Assembly (NCBI GenBank): GCA_963827475.1
Contig: CAWHAZ010000006.1
Coordinates: forward strand, 1-53,794
Reading direction: 5' to 3'
DNA from: an uncultured Chloroflexia bacterium
GTDB lineage: Bacteria > Chloroflexota > Limnocylindria > QHBO01
DNA length: 53,794 bases
Part shown: positions 11,179-20,063 of the stretch, in pieces
Layout of the letters: each line of letters starts with the position of its first letter
Position numbering within the stretch: the first letter of the stretch is position 1
Made by a program: the position numbers and the translations under genes
The notes under the pieces: generated by a model
Told to the model about the DNA's origin: nothing
What the model saw: the letters and a program-made list of their open reading frames with translations, nothing else
The model's database searches: none

Positions 11179-11339
11179 CGAAACGACGGTGGCCGCGGTC
11201 CCGGTTCATGCGGTACAAAGGCCGTCCGATGATCACCCTGCGACCGAGGGCCTCGATCCACCTCAAAGCCCGAAACGGCGGAGCCGAGCTCCTCCTGGTC
11301 GAGACAAGTTCGGCTGGGCGCCGAGGGCTGAACTGACCG

Positions 11340-13865
11340 ATGCCCAGGCAGGATCTCCCAACCGGCACCGTGACCCTCCTCTTCACCGACGTCGAGGGCT
11401 CGACCCGACTACTGGGGGAGCTGGGCGAGACGCGGTACGCCGAGGCCTTGAACGCCCATCGTCGACTGCTGCGCGAGGCCATCGCGGAGCAGGCGGGCAT
11501 CGAGGTCGACACCCAGGGCGACGCGATCTTCGCCGCCTTTCCGACTGCCGTCGGCGCACTCGCCGCCGCGCAGCGTTCCCAGGAGGCGCTCGCGTCTGGC
11601 CCCATCCGCGTCCGGATGGGGATCCACACCGGCACGCCGCTGCGGACTGCCGAGGGCTACGTGGGTGTCGACGTGCATCGCGCTGCGCGGATCGCAGCGG
11701 CGGGGCACGGCGGGCAGGTCCTGATGAGCTCGGCGACCTGGGACCTCCTCGAAGACTACGGCGCCACGACGATGGACCTCGGGGAGCATCGGCTCAAGGA
11801 CCTGGCCGGCGCGGAGCGCCTCTTCCAACTCGGGGATCAACCATTCCCGCCATTGCGCAGCTTGTCGCCGTCGACCCTGCCGGAGCCGGCCGGCACCTTC
11901 GTCGGCCGCGATGCGGAGCTCAGGGAGGTGGGAGAGCTGCTGCGCGATCCCGCGGTCCGGCTGCTGACCCTGGTCGGCCCTGGCGGCATCGGCAAGACGC
12001 GCCTCGCACTGCGGGCAGCCGCCGAGGCCGCCGTCTCGTTCCCGGACGGTCGGTGGTGGGTGCCACTTGCATCCATCGGCGAAGTCGAGGAAGCGGTGCG
12101 TGCGATCGGACAAGAGCTCGGTCTCGGAGGGGAGGCGACCCCGGACGCGATCGCGAGCCACCTCGCGAGCCGCCGGGCGCTTGTCCTCCTTGACAACTCC
12201 GAGCACCTCCTGCCGGACCTGGCCGAGGCGCTGGCAACGCTCGTCCCGCAGACCGGCGGGTCGACGCTGTTCGTCACCAGCCGCGAGCCGCTCAGCCTCG
12301 CCGCGGAACGCCTGGTCCGCGTGCCGGTGATGACCCAGACCGACGCCGAGGATCTCCTTCTCTCGCGGGCTGTCGGCCTGGGCGTTGCGGTCGCGCCGTC
12401 CGGTGCGCTGAGCACCCTCGCCGAACGCCTCGATCGGCTTCCGCTTGCGCTCACCTTGGCCGCTTCGCGCTTATCGGTGCTGTCGGCCGATCAGATCCTC
12501 GAGCGCCTCTCGCAGCGCCTGGACCTCTTCGCGGGTGCGCGTGACGCCGATCCCCGCCAGCGCACCCTGCGCGACACGATCGAGTGGAGCCACGACCTCC
12601 TGACCGATGCGGAGCGCGTGCTCTTCCGGCGCCTGAGCGTCTTCGCCGGGGGCTGCACGTTCGAGGCGGCCGAGGCGGTCTGCAACGCCGACCTCGATGC
12701 GCTCCAGGGCCTCGTCGACCGCTCCCTCGTCGAGCGGTTGGATGTCGCCGATGGACCGCCGCGTTTCGCCATGCTCGACACGATTCGGCAGTTCGCTTCG
12801 GAGCAGCTCGCGGCGTCGGGCGAGGAGACGATGCTTCAAGCGCGTCACGCGGACTGGATCCGCGACCTCGCGGAGCGAGTCGACGAGCAACTGCTGGCGG
12901 GGGAGCCGGAGGAGCAGTGGGTCCGGTTGCTCGAACCGGAGGTCGACAACCTGCGCGCCGCTGTCGCGTATGGGCTTCGCGCCGGCGATACCGCCCTGGT
13001 ACGGGCGATTGCGGTTGCGCTCCCGATGTTCTGGGTCATGCGCGGCCGCGTTGCCGAGGGTCGCGCCTGGATCGAGCGCGCCCTCGACCTCGACCCGTCC
13101 GAGGATGACACGCGACGGCGGCTCCTGAGCGGGCTCGCCATGCTCGCCTACATGGCCGGCGACTACGCGGCCGCCACCGGCGCCGCCGATGACGCCGCCG
13201 CGCTCGCCACCCAGCTCGGCCCGTCGATTGGGCGCACGGCCCAGCTTCGCACGCAGATTGCGGCCGCGATGGCGCACGAGGACTACGCCACCGCAGAGCC
13301 GCTCTACGAAGAGCTCCTGGAGGTCGCCCGCGCGGAAGGCAACGGAGTGCGGACATCGGCATGCCGAATCAACCTGGCCTACATCGCCAACCGGACCGGC
13401 CGCCACGAGCGGGCGGAGGCCCTCATGCTCGAGAACCTGCCTTTCGTGCGCAGCCGCGGTCAGGCCAGATGCGAGGCGAACACCCTCGTCACCCTTGCCG
13501 AGACAAACACCTACCTCGACCGTCCGGCGACCTCGGCGAACTATGCCGTTGCTGCTGCCGAGGTCGCGCCGCGGGCTGCCGATGCGGCGCTCCTCGTCGA
13601 GGACCTGCGCTGGTACGCAACGGCCGCAAGCCAGCTCGGCGAGGCGGAGACGGCGGCCATCATCCTGGGCGCCTGCGAGACGGCCGAGGCTGAGCTCGAA
13701 GCCGCGCTCGAACCCCACGAGCTCACCGTCCGCGCAGAGCTCGAGGCGGCCCTCCGCGCCTCCCTGACCGATGCCGGCCTCGAGGCTGCCCGTGCCAGCG
13801 GACGCAGCCTGGGCCTGGCCGCCGCCGCGGCCCTGATGCAGGTCGGCAGTCCAGTTACCGGCTGA
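11340..13865 (+). CDS. Class III adenylate/guanylate cyclase + STAND-type ATPase + TPR-like region
   Basis: LLFTDVEGST, GD, RMGIHTG, HRAARI; Walker A GPGGIGKTR, LLDN, TSRE; helical C-terminus. Confidence 0.9.
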   Translation: MPRQDLPTGTVTLLFTDVEGSTRLLGELGETRYAEALNAHRRLLREAIAEQAGIEVDTQGDAIFAAFPTAVGALAAAQRSQEALASGPIRVRMGIHTGTPLRTAEGYVGVDVHRAARIAAAGHGGQVLMSSATWDLLEDYGATTMDLGEHRLKDLAGAERLFQLGDQPFPPLRSLSPSTLPEPAGTFVGRDAELREVGELLRDPAVRLLTLVGPGGIGKTRLALRAAAEAAVSFPDGRWWVPLASIGEVEEAVRAIGQELGLGGEATPDAIASHLASRRALVLLDNSEHLLPDLAEALATLVPQTGGSTLFVTSREPLSLAAERLVRVPVMTQTDAEDLLLSRAVGLGVAVAPSGALSTLAERLDRLPLALTLAASRLSVLSADQILERLSQRLDLFAGARDADPRQRTLRDTIEWSHDLLTDAERVLFRRLSVFAGGCTFEAAEAVCNADLDALQGLVDRSLVERLDVADGPPRFAMLDTIRQFASEQLAASGEETMLQARHADWIRDLAERVDEQLLAGEPEEQWVRLLEPEVDNLRAAVAYGLRAGDTALVRAIAVALPMFWVMRGRVAEGRAWIERALDLDPSEDDTRRRLLSGLAMLAYMAGDYAAATGAADDAAALATQLGPSIGRTAQLRTQIAAAMAHEDYATAEPLYEELLEVARAEGNGVRTSACRINLAYIANRTGRHERAEALMLENLPFVRSRGQARCEANTLVTLAETNTYLDRPATSANYAVAAAEVAPRAADAALLVEDLRWYATAASQLGEAETAAIILGACETAEAELEAALEPHELTVRAELEAALRASLTDAGLEAARASGRSLGLAAAAALMQVGSPVTG

Positions 13866-13895
13866 GCAGTGCCGCGTGACATCCATGGCGTCCCA

Positions 13896-13933
13896 GCTTC
13901 CCAACCGGAATGTCGCGGGTTCGAGCTCCGTCT
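13896..13933 (+). repeat. Degenerate copy of the tRNA-Gly 3' half (att-like direct repeat)
   Basis: 35 of 38 nt match 11132..11169. Confidence 0.85.
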
Positions 13934-14032
13934 GCCAGTGATTATCCGTGCTGCAACGACCGCGACCCGTTGCGCACTGGCCGCCTAAGCGACACAGTGA
14001 CGCCTCAGCCAGCACGAGGAATACGGAGTCGA

Positions 14033-14506
14033 ATGGACGACCCAGCTGCCATCATCGCGACACAAACGAAGTCGACGTTTCGACAGGAAACCGCGGTCTC
14101 GGCGGTCATCGCGGCCGAGCCGTCGAAGATCTGGCGGCTCCTGACCGACGTCAATGACCAGGCCCGATGGAACTCCACCCTCTCGAGCATGGAGGGCCGT
14201 GCCGAGCTCGGCGGAGTGGTGAAGATGACGGTCCCCGAGGCCGGCGATCGGGTCTTCAAGGTCAAGGTCACCGCCTACGACGCGGACCGCGAGATGGTCT
14301 GGACCGACGGCAATCCGGTCATGTTCCAGGGGGTTCGGACCTACCGCCTCACGCCTAACCCCGACGGCACGACGACCTTCTCCATGACCGAGGTGTTCTC
14401 GGGGCTGATGCTCCCGATGATCGGCGGCCGGCTGCCCGATTTCGGACCGATTTTCGAGCGCTACGCCGCCGACTTGAAGAAGGAAGCTGAAGCCGCGATC
14501 AGCTGA
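14033..14506 (+). CDS. SRPBCC (polyketide cyclase-like) domain protein
   Basis: I-x-A-x-P-x-x-IW-x-LLTD...WN pattern; ends FERYAADLKKEAE. Confidence 0.8.
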   Translation: MDDPAAIIATQTKSTFRQETAVSAVIAAEPSKIWRLLTDVNDQARWNSTLSSMEGRAELGGVVKMTVPEAGDRVFKVKVTAYDADREMVWTDGNPVMFQGVRTYRLTPNPDGTTTFSMTEVFSGLMLPMIGGRLPDFGPIFERYAADLKKEAEAAIS

Positions 14507-14510
14507 ACGA

Positions 14511-14924
14511 CTACTTCGCCCGCATCTGGTTGTTGCGCGCGTCGTGGGTCAGCTCGGCGAGGCCCAGCGCCTCGAGCAGCGGCGGCATGTACATCCCGAA
14601 CCGGCCGCGATAACCCTTCCGCAGCCCGTACCAGCCACCGACCGGGTTGTCCGCCGCACGGCCCCAGGCCTCGACCGTCCCCGGCGCCGCATCCTTGCTT
14701 TCATCGGCGGCGCCGAGCGGAATCCAGTCGCCATGCGCCTTGAGCATGGCGTGGAGGTCCTCGATGGCGCGCAGGTGGTACTTCAGCTGGGTGGACCCAA
14801 CCTGGCAGACGATGGCCGGCGGGTCGGCCGACTCGTCGCGCCACATCTGGTAGTCCGAGGTGCCGGGCGGTGTCTTCAGAACCCAGGGATCGTCCTTCGT
14901 TCCGCTGCCGGTAGCTGGTGACAT
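14511..14924 (-). CDS. Conserved hypothetical protein (DUF6855-like)
   Basis: GTKDDPWVLKTPPG...LGAADE...PVGGWYGLRKGYRGRFGMY; GAGG upstream of ATG. Confidence 0.7.
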   Translation of the reverse strand: MSPATGSGTKDDPWVLKTPPGTSDYQMWRDESADPPAIVCQVGSTQLKYHLRAIEDLHAMLKAHGDWIPLGAADESKDAAPGTVEAWGRAADNPVGGWYGLRKGYRGRFGMYMPPLLEALGLAELTHDARNNQMRAK

Positions 14925-15000
14925 CGGTCTGACCTCTCGCGTCGAATGGGTGGGGCCGAAAGTGTAGGGCGGGCGTCCGGCGAAGGCTAGGATTGGACCG

Positions 15001-15903
15001 ATGGTCGACGCGGTGACCGGAGCCTTCAGCTTCACCGGGCGGGCCATCGCGGCCCAGCTGCTGGCTGAGGGTCGGGAGGTCGTGACCCTGGTCCGGCGGT
15101 CGCCCCCGCCGGACGCAGATCCGCGCATCCGGACCGCGTCCCTGGCCTTCGACGACCCAGCCTCCCTGGCGGCGGCGTTCGCCGGGGTGGACACGTTCTA
15201 CAACACGTACTGGATCCGCTTCGAGCGGGGCGGCCTGACCTTCGAGGAGATCATCGCCCGGACGCGGAAGCTGCTCACCGCCGCGACCCAGGCCGGGGTG
15301 CGGCGGATCGTCCACGTCAGCGTGGTGAACGCCGGAACGGACGCGCCGACGAAGTACTTCGTGGCCAAGGCGCGCCTCGACGACGTCATCCGCGCCTCGG
15401 GGATGTCCCACGCCATCGTGCGCCCGACGCTGACCTTCGGACCGGGCGACATCCTGGTCAACAACCTGAGCTGGGTCCTCCGTCGCTTCCCGCTGTTTGC
15501 GATCCCGGGCGACGGCGAGTACCGGCTGCAGCCGGTGCATGTCGAGGACGTGGCCCGGATCGCGGTGGAGGCCGGCCGCCAGTCAGTCGACATGGACATC
15601 GACGCGGCGGGACCCGATGTACTGACCTTCAACCGCTTCGTCCGGCTGCTGGCCGATGCGGTGGACAGCCGGACGTGGATCTTCCACGCGCCGCGGGCCG
15701 TGTCTCATCTCGGCGCCCGCGGCCTGGGGCTGCTCGTGCGCGACGTGATGCTGACCGGGGACGAGATCACCGAGCTGACGGCCAGCCTGCTCGTCTCCGC
15801 CCAGCCGCCGGCTGGGCGTATCGGTCTTCCGGCCTGGGCCGCGGCCCATGCCGACGAGCTGGGCCGGAGATACCACTCGGAGCTCGACCGCCACTACCGA
15901 TGA
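15001..15903 (+). CDS. Atypical SDR / NAD(P)H-binding protein (NDUFA9-like)
   Basis: VTGAFSFTG, YFVAK, IVRP, LQPVHVEDVA. Confidence 0.85.
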   Translation: MVDAVTGAFSFTGRAIAAQLLAEGREVVTLVRRSPPPDADPRIRTASLAFDDPASLAAAFAGVDTFYNTYWIRFERGGLTFEEIIARTRKLLTAATQAGVRRIVHVSVVNAGTDAPTKYFVAKARLDDVIRASGMSHAIVRPTLTFGPGDILVNNLSWVLRRFPLFAIPGDGEYRLQPVHVEDVARIAVEAGRQSVDMDIDAAGPDVLTFNRFVRLLADAVDSRTWIFHAPRAVSHLGARGLGLLVRDVMLTGDEITELTASLLVSAQPPAGRIGLPAWAAAHADELGRRYHSELDRHYR

Positions 15904-15922
15904 CGGACCGGGGTCGCTCCCG

Positions 15923-16426
15923 TCAGGCCTCGTCCTCTGCGGCGTCGTCGTCGGCGATCTCGTCGGCAGGCGGTCCGGAGCCGTCCAGGGCGAGCACCGC
16001 GCCCTCCTCGCCGGTCGCGACGTCGACCAGCTCCGAGGACTCGCGGAGGTCGCCGGTGATCTCCTCTTCGACGTCATCGATGCGGACGATCGCGAAGCTG
16101 ACCTGGGGCGGGATGGCGGCGGAAATGACGACCTCGCCAATCCGGTAGGGCGACCGTTTGGCGCGCAGCGCGCTGTTCGCCTTTTCCTGGAGGGCCGTGG
16201 CCTTGATCACGACGTCGGCGAGCAGGCCGGGATCGATCTTCTCGACGATGGTGGTGATCCCGCGCCGGGCCTTGCCGGCGACGCGACGGGCCTCGACCCC
16301 CGCCTTGGCCATCTGCACTCGGGCCTGGGCCTGGGTGGTCGGATCGCCGATCTTCTGCTGGGCCTGGGCGGCCGCGTCCGAGGCTGCCTGCTGGGCCTGC
16401 TCCATGGCCTTCTTGAAGGCGTCCAT
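15923..16426 (-). CDS. Hypothetical protein (helical N-terminus, acidic C-terminus)
   Basis: Open frame with coding-like codon bias; start uncertain, could extend upstream. Confidence 0.6.
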   Translation of the reverse strand: MDAFKKAMEQAQQAASDAAAQAQQKIGDPTTQAQARVQMAKAGVEARRVAGKARRGITTIVEKIDPGLLADVVIKATALQEKANSALRAKRSPYRIGEVVISAAIPPQVSFAIVRIDDVEEEITGDLRESSELVDVATGEEGAVLALDGSGPPADEIADDDAAEDEA

Positions 16427-16478
16427 CGCCGCAGTATCGGTCCTTGGCGCGGCCGCCGTCTCCCCGGATTGAGCGGAC

Positions 16479-17330
16479 TCAGCTGAGGTACGGGTCTCCG
16501 AGGACGAGGTCGTTCTCGCCACGGTCGAACTCGACCCGCAGCAGGCGGGCTGGCGCGTCCAGCGCGGTCAGGGTCAGGCGGCGTTCGGCCTTGTCGCTCC
16601 AGGCGATCGCGAGATCGCCCGGTCCCTCGGGATGGACCGATTCCTCCGCGTCGAGCACCAGCTCATCGGCACCCGGCCGGGTGACGCGGATGCGCCCGTC
16701 CACCGGGTACAGAAGCAGCCCACGGTTCGGCTCCAGGGTGATCTCGATCGTGGCGCCATCGGTCAGGGACGAGTCGGTGTAGCGACGCAGGCCGCTGTGG
16801 TTGACGCGGAACTGCGACATCGGTCCGATCAGCTCCAGGGTCTCGACTCCGGGGCCCTCGTTGAGGGGAACCTTGTCGGCGGCCTTCAGCAAAGCGAACT
16901 CTGCAACGGGAATGGGCGGGTGGGTGTCGGGGTGGTAGACGAGGATGAAGGCCCGGGTCACCTGCTCGGCGCCGTTCCACTCCTGGTGGTACATCCCGCG
17001 CACGCCTTCGGTCAGGCGGCCCAGGTCGCCCTCCTCCATCGTGCCCCGGATGTGGTTCAGCGCGTCGTCGTGCTCGACCTGGCCGGTGAGGATGTAGAAC
17101 AGCCGCTCGTTGGTGCGGTGCGGGTGGTGGCCGATCCCGAATCCCGGCTGGAAGAACCCGTCGTGGATCATCAGAAACGGACCGAGGTGCTGGACCGGGA
17201 CGTACGGGCCGACGCTCTCGATCGCGATCAGGCCGCGAACCCCGAACTCGGCCTCGCCGACCCGATGGAAGTGGCCCGATCCCACCACCGTGAGGTCGGT
17301 GTCGAGCTGGATGTCCGCGAACGGCTCCAT
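16479..17330 (-). CDS. Pirin family protein
   Basis: GPFLMIHD, HHPHRTNE, G-x-x-HQE metal-binding cupin motifs. Confidence 0.85.
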   Translation of the reverse strand: MEPFADIQLDTDLTVVGSGHFHRVGEAEFGVRGLIAIESVGPYVPVQHLGPFLMIHDGFFQPGFGIGHHPHRTNERLFYILTGQVEHDDALNHIRGTMEEGDLGRLTEGVRGMYHQEWNGAEQVTRAFILVYHPDTHPPIPVAEFALLKAADKVPLNEGPGVETLELIGPMSQFRVNHSGLRRYTDSSLTDGATIEITLEPNRGLLLYPVDGRIRVTRPGADELVLDAEESVHPEGPGDLAIAWSDKAERRLTLTALDAPARLLRVEFDRGENDLVLGDPYLS

Positions 17331-17399
17331 GGGCGCCAAAGCCTAGCGGAGGGCGCCCGGGTGCGCAGAATGCGGGTTGGCGGTATCGTCCGGCCACCG

Positions 17400-18179
17400 A
17401 TGGCGATCACGACCCTCGAGCAGCTTCTCGACGAGTCTCGCGATCACGACTGCGCGGATCCACGCTGTGTCGCGATGTCGGCGCTGGCCGACCTGCCGAC
17501 CCGGTTCGGCCATTTCGCGATCGTGGCCTTCGCCGAGCGCAGCGGCCCGGAGCATGCCGCGCTGCTGAAAGGCCAGCCCTGGGGCCGCGACGACGTCCCG
17601 GTCCGGCTCCACTCCGAGTGCCTGACCGGGGACGCGATCGGCTCGCTGCGCTGCGACTGCCGCGACCAGCTCGAGGCCTCGCTGCGGTTCATCGGGGAGC
17701 AGGAGCACGGCATCGTCCTGTACCTGCGCCAGGAAGGTCGCGGGATCGGCCTGGTGAACAAGATCCGGGCCTACGCCCTCCAGGACGACGGGCTCGACAC
17801 GGTGGAGGCCAACCAGGCGCTCGGGTTCCGGGATGACGAGCGTGACTACGGCGTGGCGGCCCACATCCTGCGGCTGCTCCGGGTGCGGTCGATTCGGATC
17901 ATCACCAACAACCCGCGCAAGATCGCCGGCCTCGAGGAGCATGGCATCCGGATCAGCGATCGCATCCCGTTGGTCGTCCCGCCCAACGAGCACAACGTGT
18001 TCTACCTCTCGACCAAGGCCCGGCGGTCCGGCCACTACATCGACCTGGCCGGATACGAGCACCTGCCCGAGCAGCTGGACCGGCCGATCGTGGACGGCAT
18101 GAGCCCGGCAGCCATCGCGGCGCTCGAGGGCGCGGAGGACGCGGCCGAGGCGGAGGAGGCGGAGAACGGCGCCGCCTGA
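17400..18179 (+). CDS. ribA: GTP cyclohydrolase II
   Basis: VRLHSECLTGD, CDC, QEGRGIGL, TNNPRK. Confidence 0.95.
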   Translation: MAITTLEQLLDESRDHDCADPRCVAMSALADLPTRFGHFAIVAFAERSGPEHAALLKGQPWGRDDVPVRLHSECLTGDAIGSLRCDCRDQLEASLRFIGEQEHGIVLYLRQEGRGIGLVNKIRAYALQDDGLDTVEANQALGFRDDERDYGVAAHILRLLRVRSIRIITNNPRKIAGLEEHGIRISDRIPLVVPPNEHNVFYLSTKARRSGHYIDLAGYEHLPEQLDRPIVDGMSPAAIAALEGAEDAAEAEEAENGAA

Positions 18180-18879
18180 ACGGGTCGCCATCATCACCGG
18201 GGCCGCCGGAGGTCTCGGGAAAGTGGTCAGCCGCGACCTCGCGGCGGCAGGCATGCGGCTCGCCCTGGTCGGCTCCCGGCGGGCTCCACTCGACCAGCTC
18301 GGAACCGAGCTGGGCCTCGCGCCGGACCGATGGATGGCGGTCGACGCCGATCTTCGCGACCGGGCGGCGGCAGAGGGGGTAGCCGAGGCGGTGGCCGATC
18401 GGTTCGGGCGAACCGACGTGCTCGTCCACCTGATCGGCGGCTATCACGGCGGCCACCCCGTGGTCGAGGTCCCCGACGCCGAGGTGCAGGCCATGCTGTC
18501 CCAACACCTGTGGACCACGCTGCACATGGTCCGCGCGGCGGTCCCGCGGATGACCGAAGCGGGCTGGGGGCGCGTCGCGGCGGTCTCGTCGCCGATGGCC
18601 TCCACGCCGGGCAAGTCGGTGGCGCCGTACGCGGTGGGCAAGGCGGCGCAGGAGGCACTGCTCGGCACCCTCGCTCGAGAGGTGGCCGGGACCGGGGTCA
18701 CGGTCAACCTGGTCCTGGTCCGGCAGATCGACGTCGATCACGAGCGGGATGCCGACCCTAGCCCGAAGAACGCGTGGTGGACGACTCCGGAGGAGATCTC
18801 GGCCACCATCCGCCACCTCGTGAGCGAGGAAGCGGCCGCCATCAACGGCGCGAAGATCCCGCTCTTTGGGAATGCCTAG
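18166..18879 (+). CDS. Short-chain dehydrogenase/reductase (start apparently non-canonical ACG)
   Basis: VAIITGAAGGLG precedes the first GTG (18223); YAVGK catalytic motif; GVTVN. Confidence 0.85.
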   Translation, partial: TAPPERVAIITGAAGGLGKVVSRDLAAAGMRLALVGSRRAPLDQLGTELGLAPDRWMAVDADLRDRAAAEGVAEAVADRFGRTDVLVHLIGGYHGGHPVVEVPDAEVQAMLSQHLWTTLHMVRAAVPRMTEAGWGRVAAVSSPMASTPGKSVAPYAVGKAAQEALLGTLAREVAGTGVTVNLVLVRQIDVDHERDADPSPKNAWWTTPEEISATIRHLVSEEAAAINGAKIPLFGNA

Positions 18880-19963
18880 GCGCCTGCTGGCGGTCGCCGC
18901 GCTGGGCGCCGCCGTGGTGGGCGCCTGCACGCCGAGTGCCTCCGCCCCCAGTCCCAGCCCCTCGGCGACGCTGAGCGCGGATCCATCCGGCGCCGCCTCG
19001 ACCGGACCAGGTCCATCTCCCAGCGACGTCGTCACCGCCTGGAGGCAGCTCGCTCCCGCCGGCTCCGCTCCGGTCCCGCGCGAGGACCACACGTGGACCG
19101 TTGACGCCGACGGAGGCGTCGCGTACCTGTTCGGGGGCCGCGGTGAGTCCGGCACCCTCGACGACTTCTGGGCGTTCGACCTCGAGGATGAAACGTGGGA
19201 TGAGCTGGCGGCGGGGCCGGCGGGCCGCTTCGGGCACAACGCGGCCTGGGTGCCGGAGGTCGGCGTGGTGATCTTCGCCGGGCAGGGGGATGGCGGCTTC
19301 TTCAACGACCTGTGGGCGTTCGACCCGGACGTCCGCGCGTGGCGCGAGCTCCCCGCCTCCGGTGCCATCCCCGTCCGGCGCTACGGAAGCTGCGCGGCGC
19401 TCGGGCCGGACGGCAGGCTGTGGATCAGCCACGGCTTCACCGGCGAAGGGGCGGGCCGCTTCTCCGACACCAAGGCCTATGACTTCGCGACCGGGATGTG
19501 GACGGACGAGACGCCGGTGGGCGCGGCGCCGATCGTCCGCTGCCTCCACGGCTGCTGGTGGACCGATGCCGGCCAGCTGGCCCTGTACGCGGGACAGACG
19601 ACCGGCACCACGAGCCTAGACGACTGGTGGGAGCTGACCGTCGGCGAGCGGCCGGGGACCAACGCCTGGGCTCAGGTCTCCGCCGAGCTTCCCCCGGCGC
19701 GGAACCTCTACGCCGCCACCCGCTGGGGGCCGTCGACCGTCGTATTCGGTGGCCAGGCGCTCGACGGCTCCAGGCTCGGCGACGTGTGGCGGCTGGCGGA
19801 CGACGGCACCGCCTCGGCCATCAGTCCCGTCGCGGGCGCGGAACCCGCCGCCCGCTCAGGAAGCGAGCTCGTGGCCGACGCGGCGCGCCAACGCGTCCTC
19901 CTCTTCGGGGGCATCGCCGGCGGGACCGTGTTCGGTGACGTGTGGGAATTGACCCTTCCGTGA
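18872..19963 (+). CDS. Kelch-repeat beta-propeller lipoprotein
   Basis: Lipobox VVGAC, Pro/Ser linker, repeated FGG...D-x-W units. Confidence 0.85.
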   Translation: MPRRLLAVAALGAAVVGACTPSASAPSPSPSATLSADPSGAASTGPGPSPSDVVTAWRQLAPAGSAPVPREDHTWTVDADGGVAYLFGGRGESGTLDDFWAFDLEDETWDELAAGPAGRFGHNAAWVPEVGVVIFAGQGDGGFFNDLWAFDPDVRAWRELPASGAIPVRRYGSCAALGPDGRLWISHGFTGEGAGRFSDTKAYDFATGMWTDETPVGAAPIVRCLHGCWWTDAGQLALYAGQTTGTTSLDDWWELTVGERPGTNAWAQVSAELPPARNLYAATRWGPSTVVFGGQALDGSRLGDVWRLADDGTASAISPVAGAEPAARSGSELVADAARQRVLLFGGIAGGTVFGDVWELTLP

Positions 19964-20063
19964 CGGTCAGGGCCGGTCCTGTACCATGGCCCCTCGCCAA
20001 CCACTGTCGGGCCGGTGGTAGACCGTGCGCCCGCTTGAAATTTCACAGGAGATTTCACACCGC

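Noticed and set aside
11180-11339. Possible riboswitch or ribozyme between tRNA-Gly and the cyclase
   Set aside because: Hairpins are possible, but I could not match c-di-GMP, hammerhead or other consensus cores.
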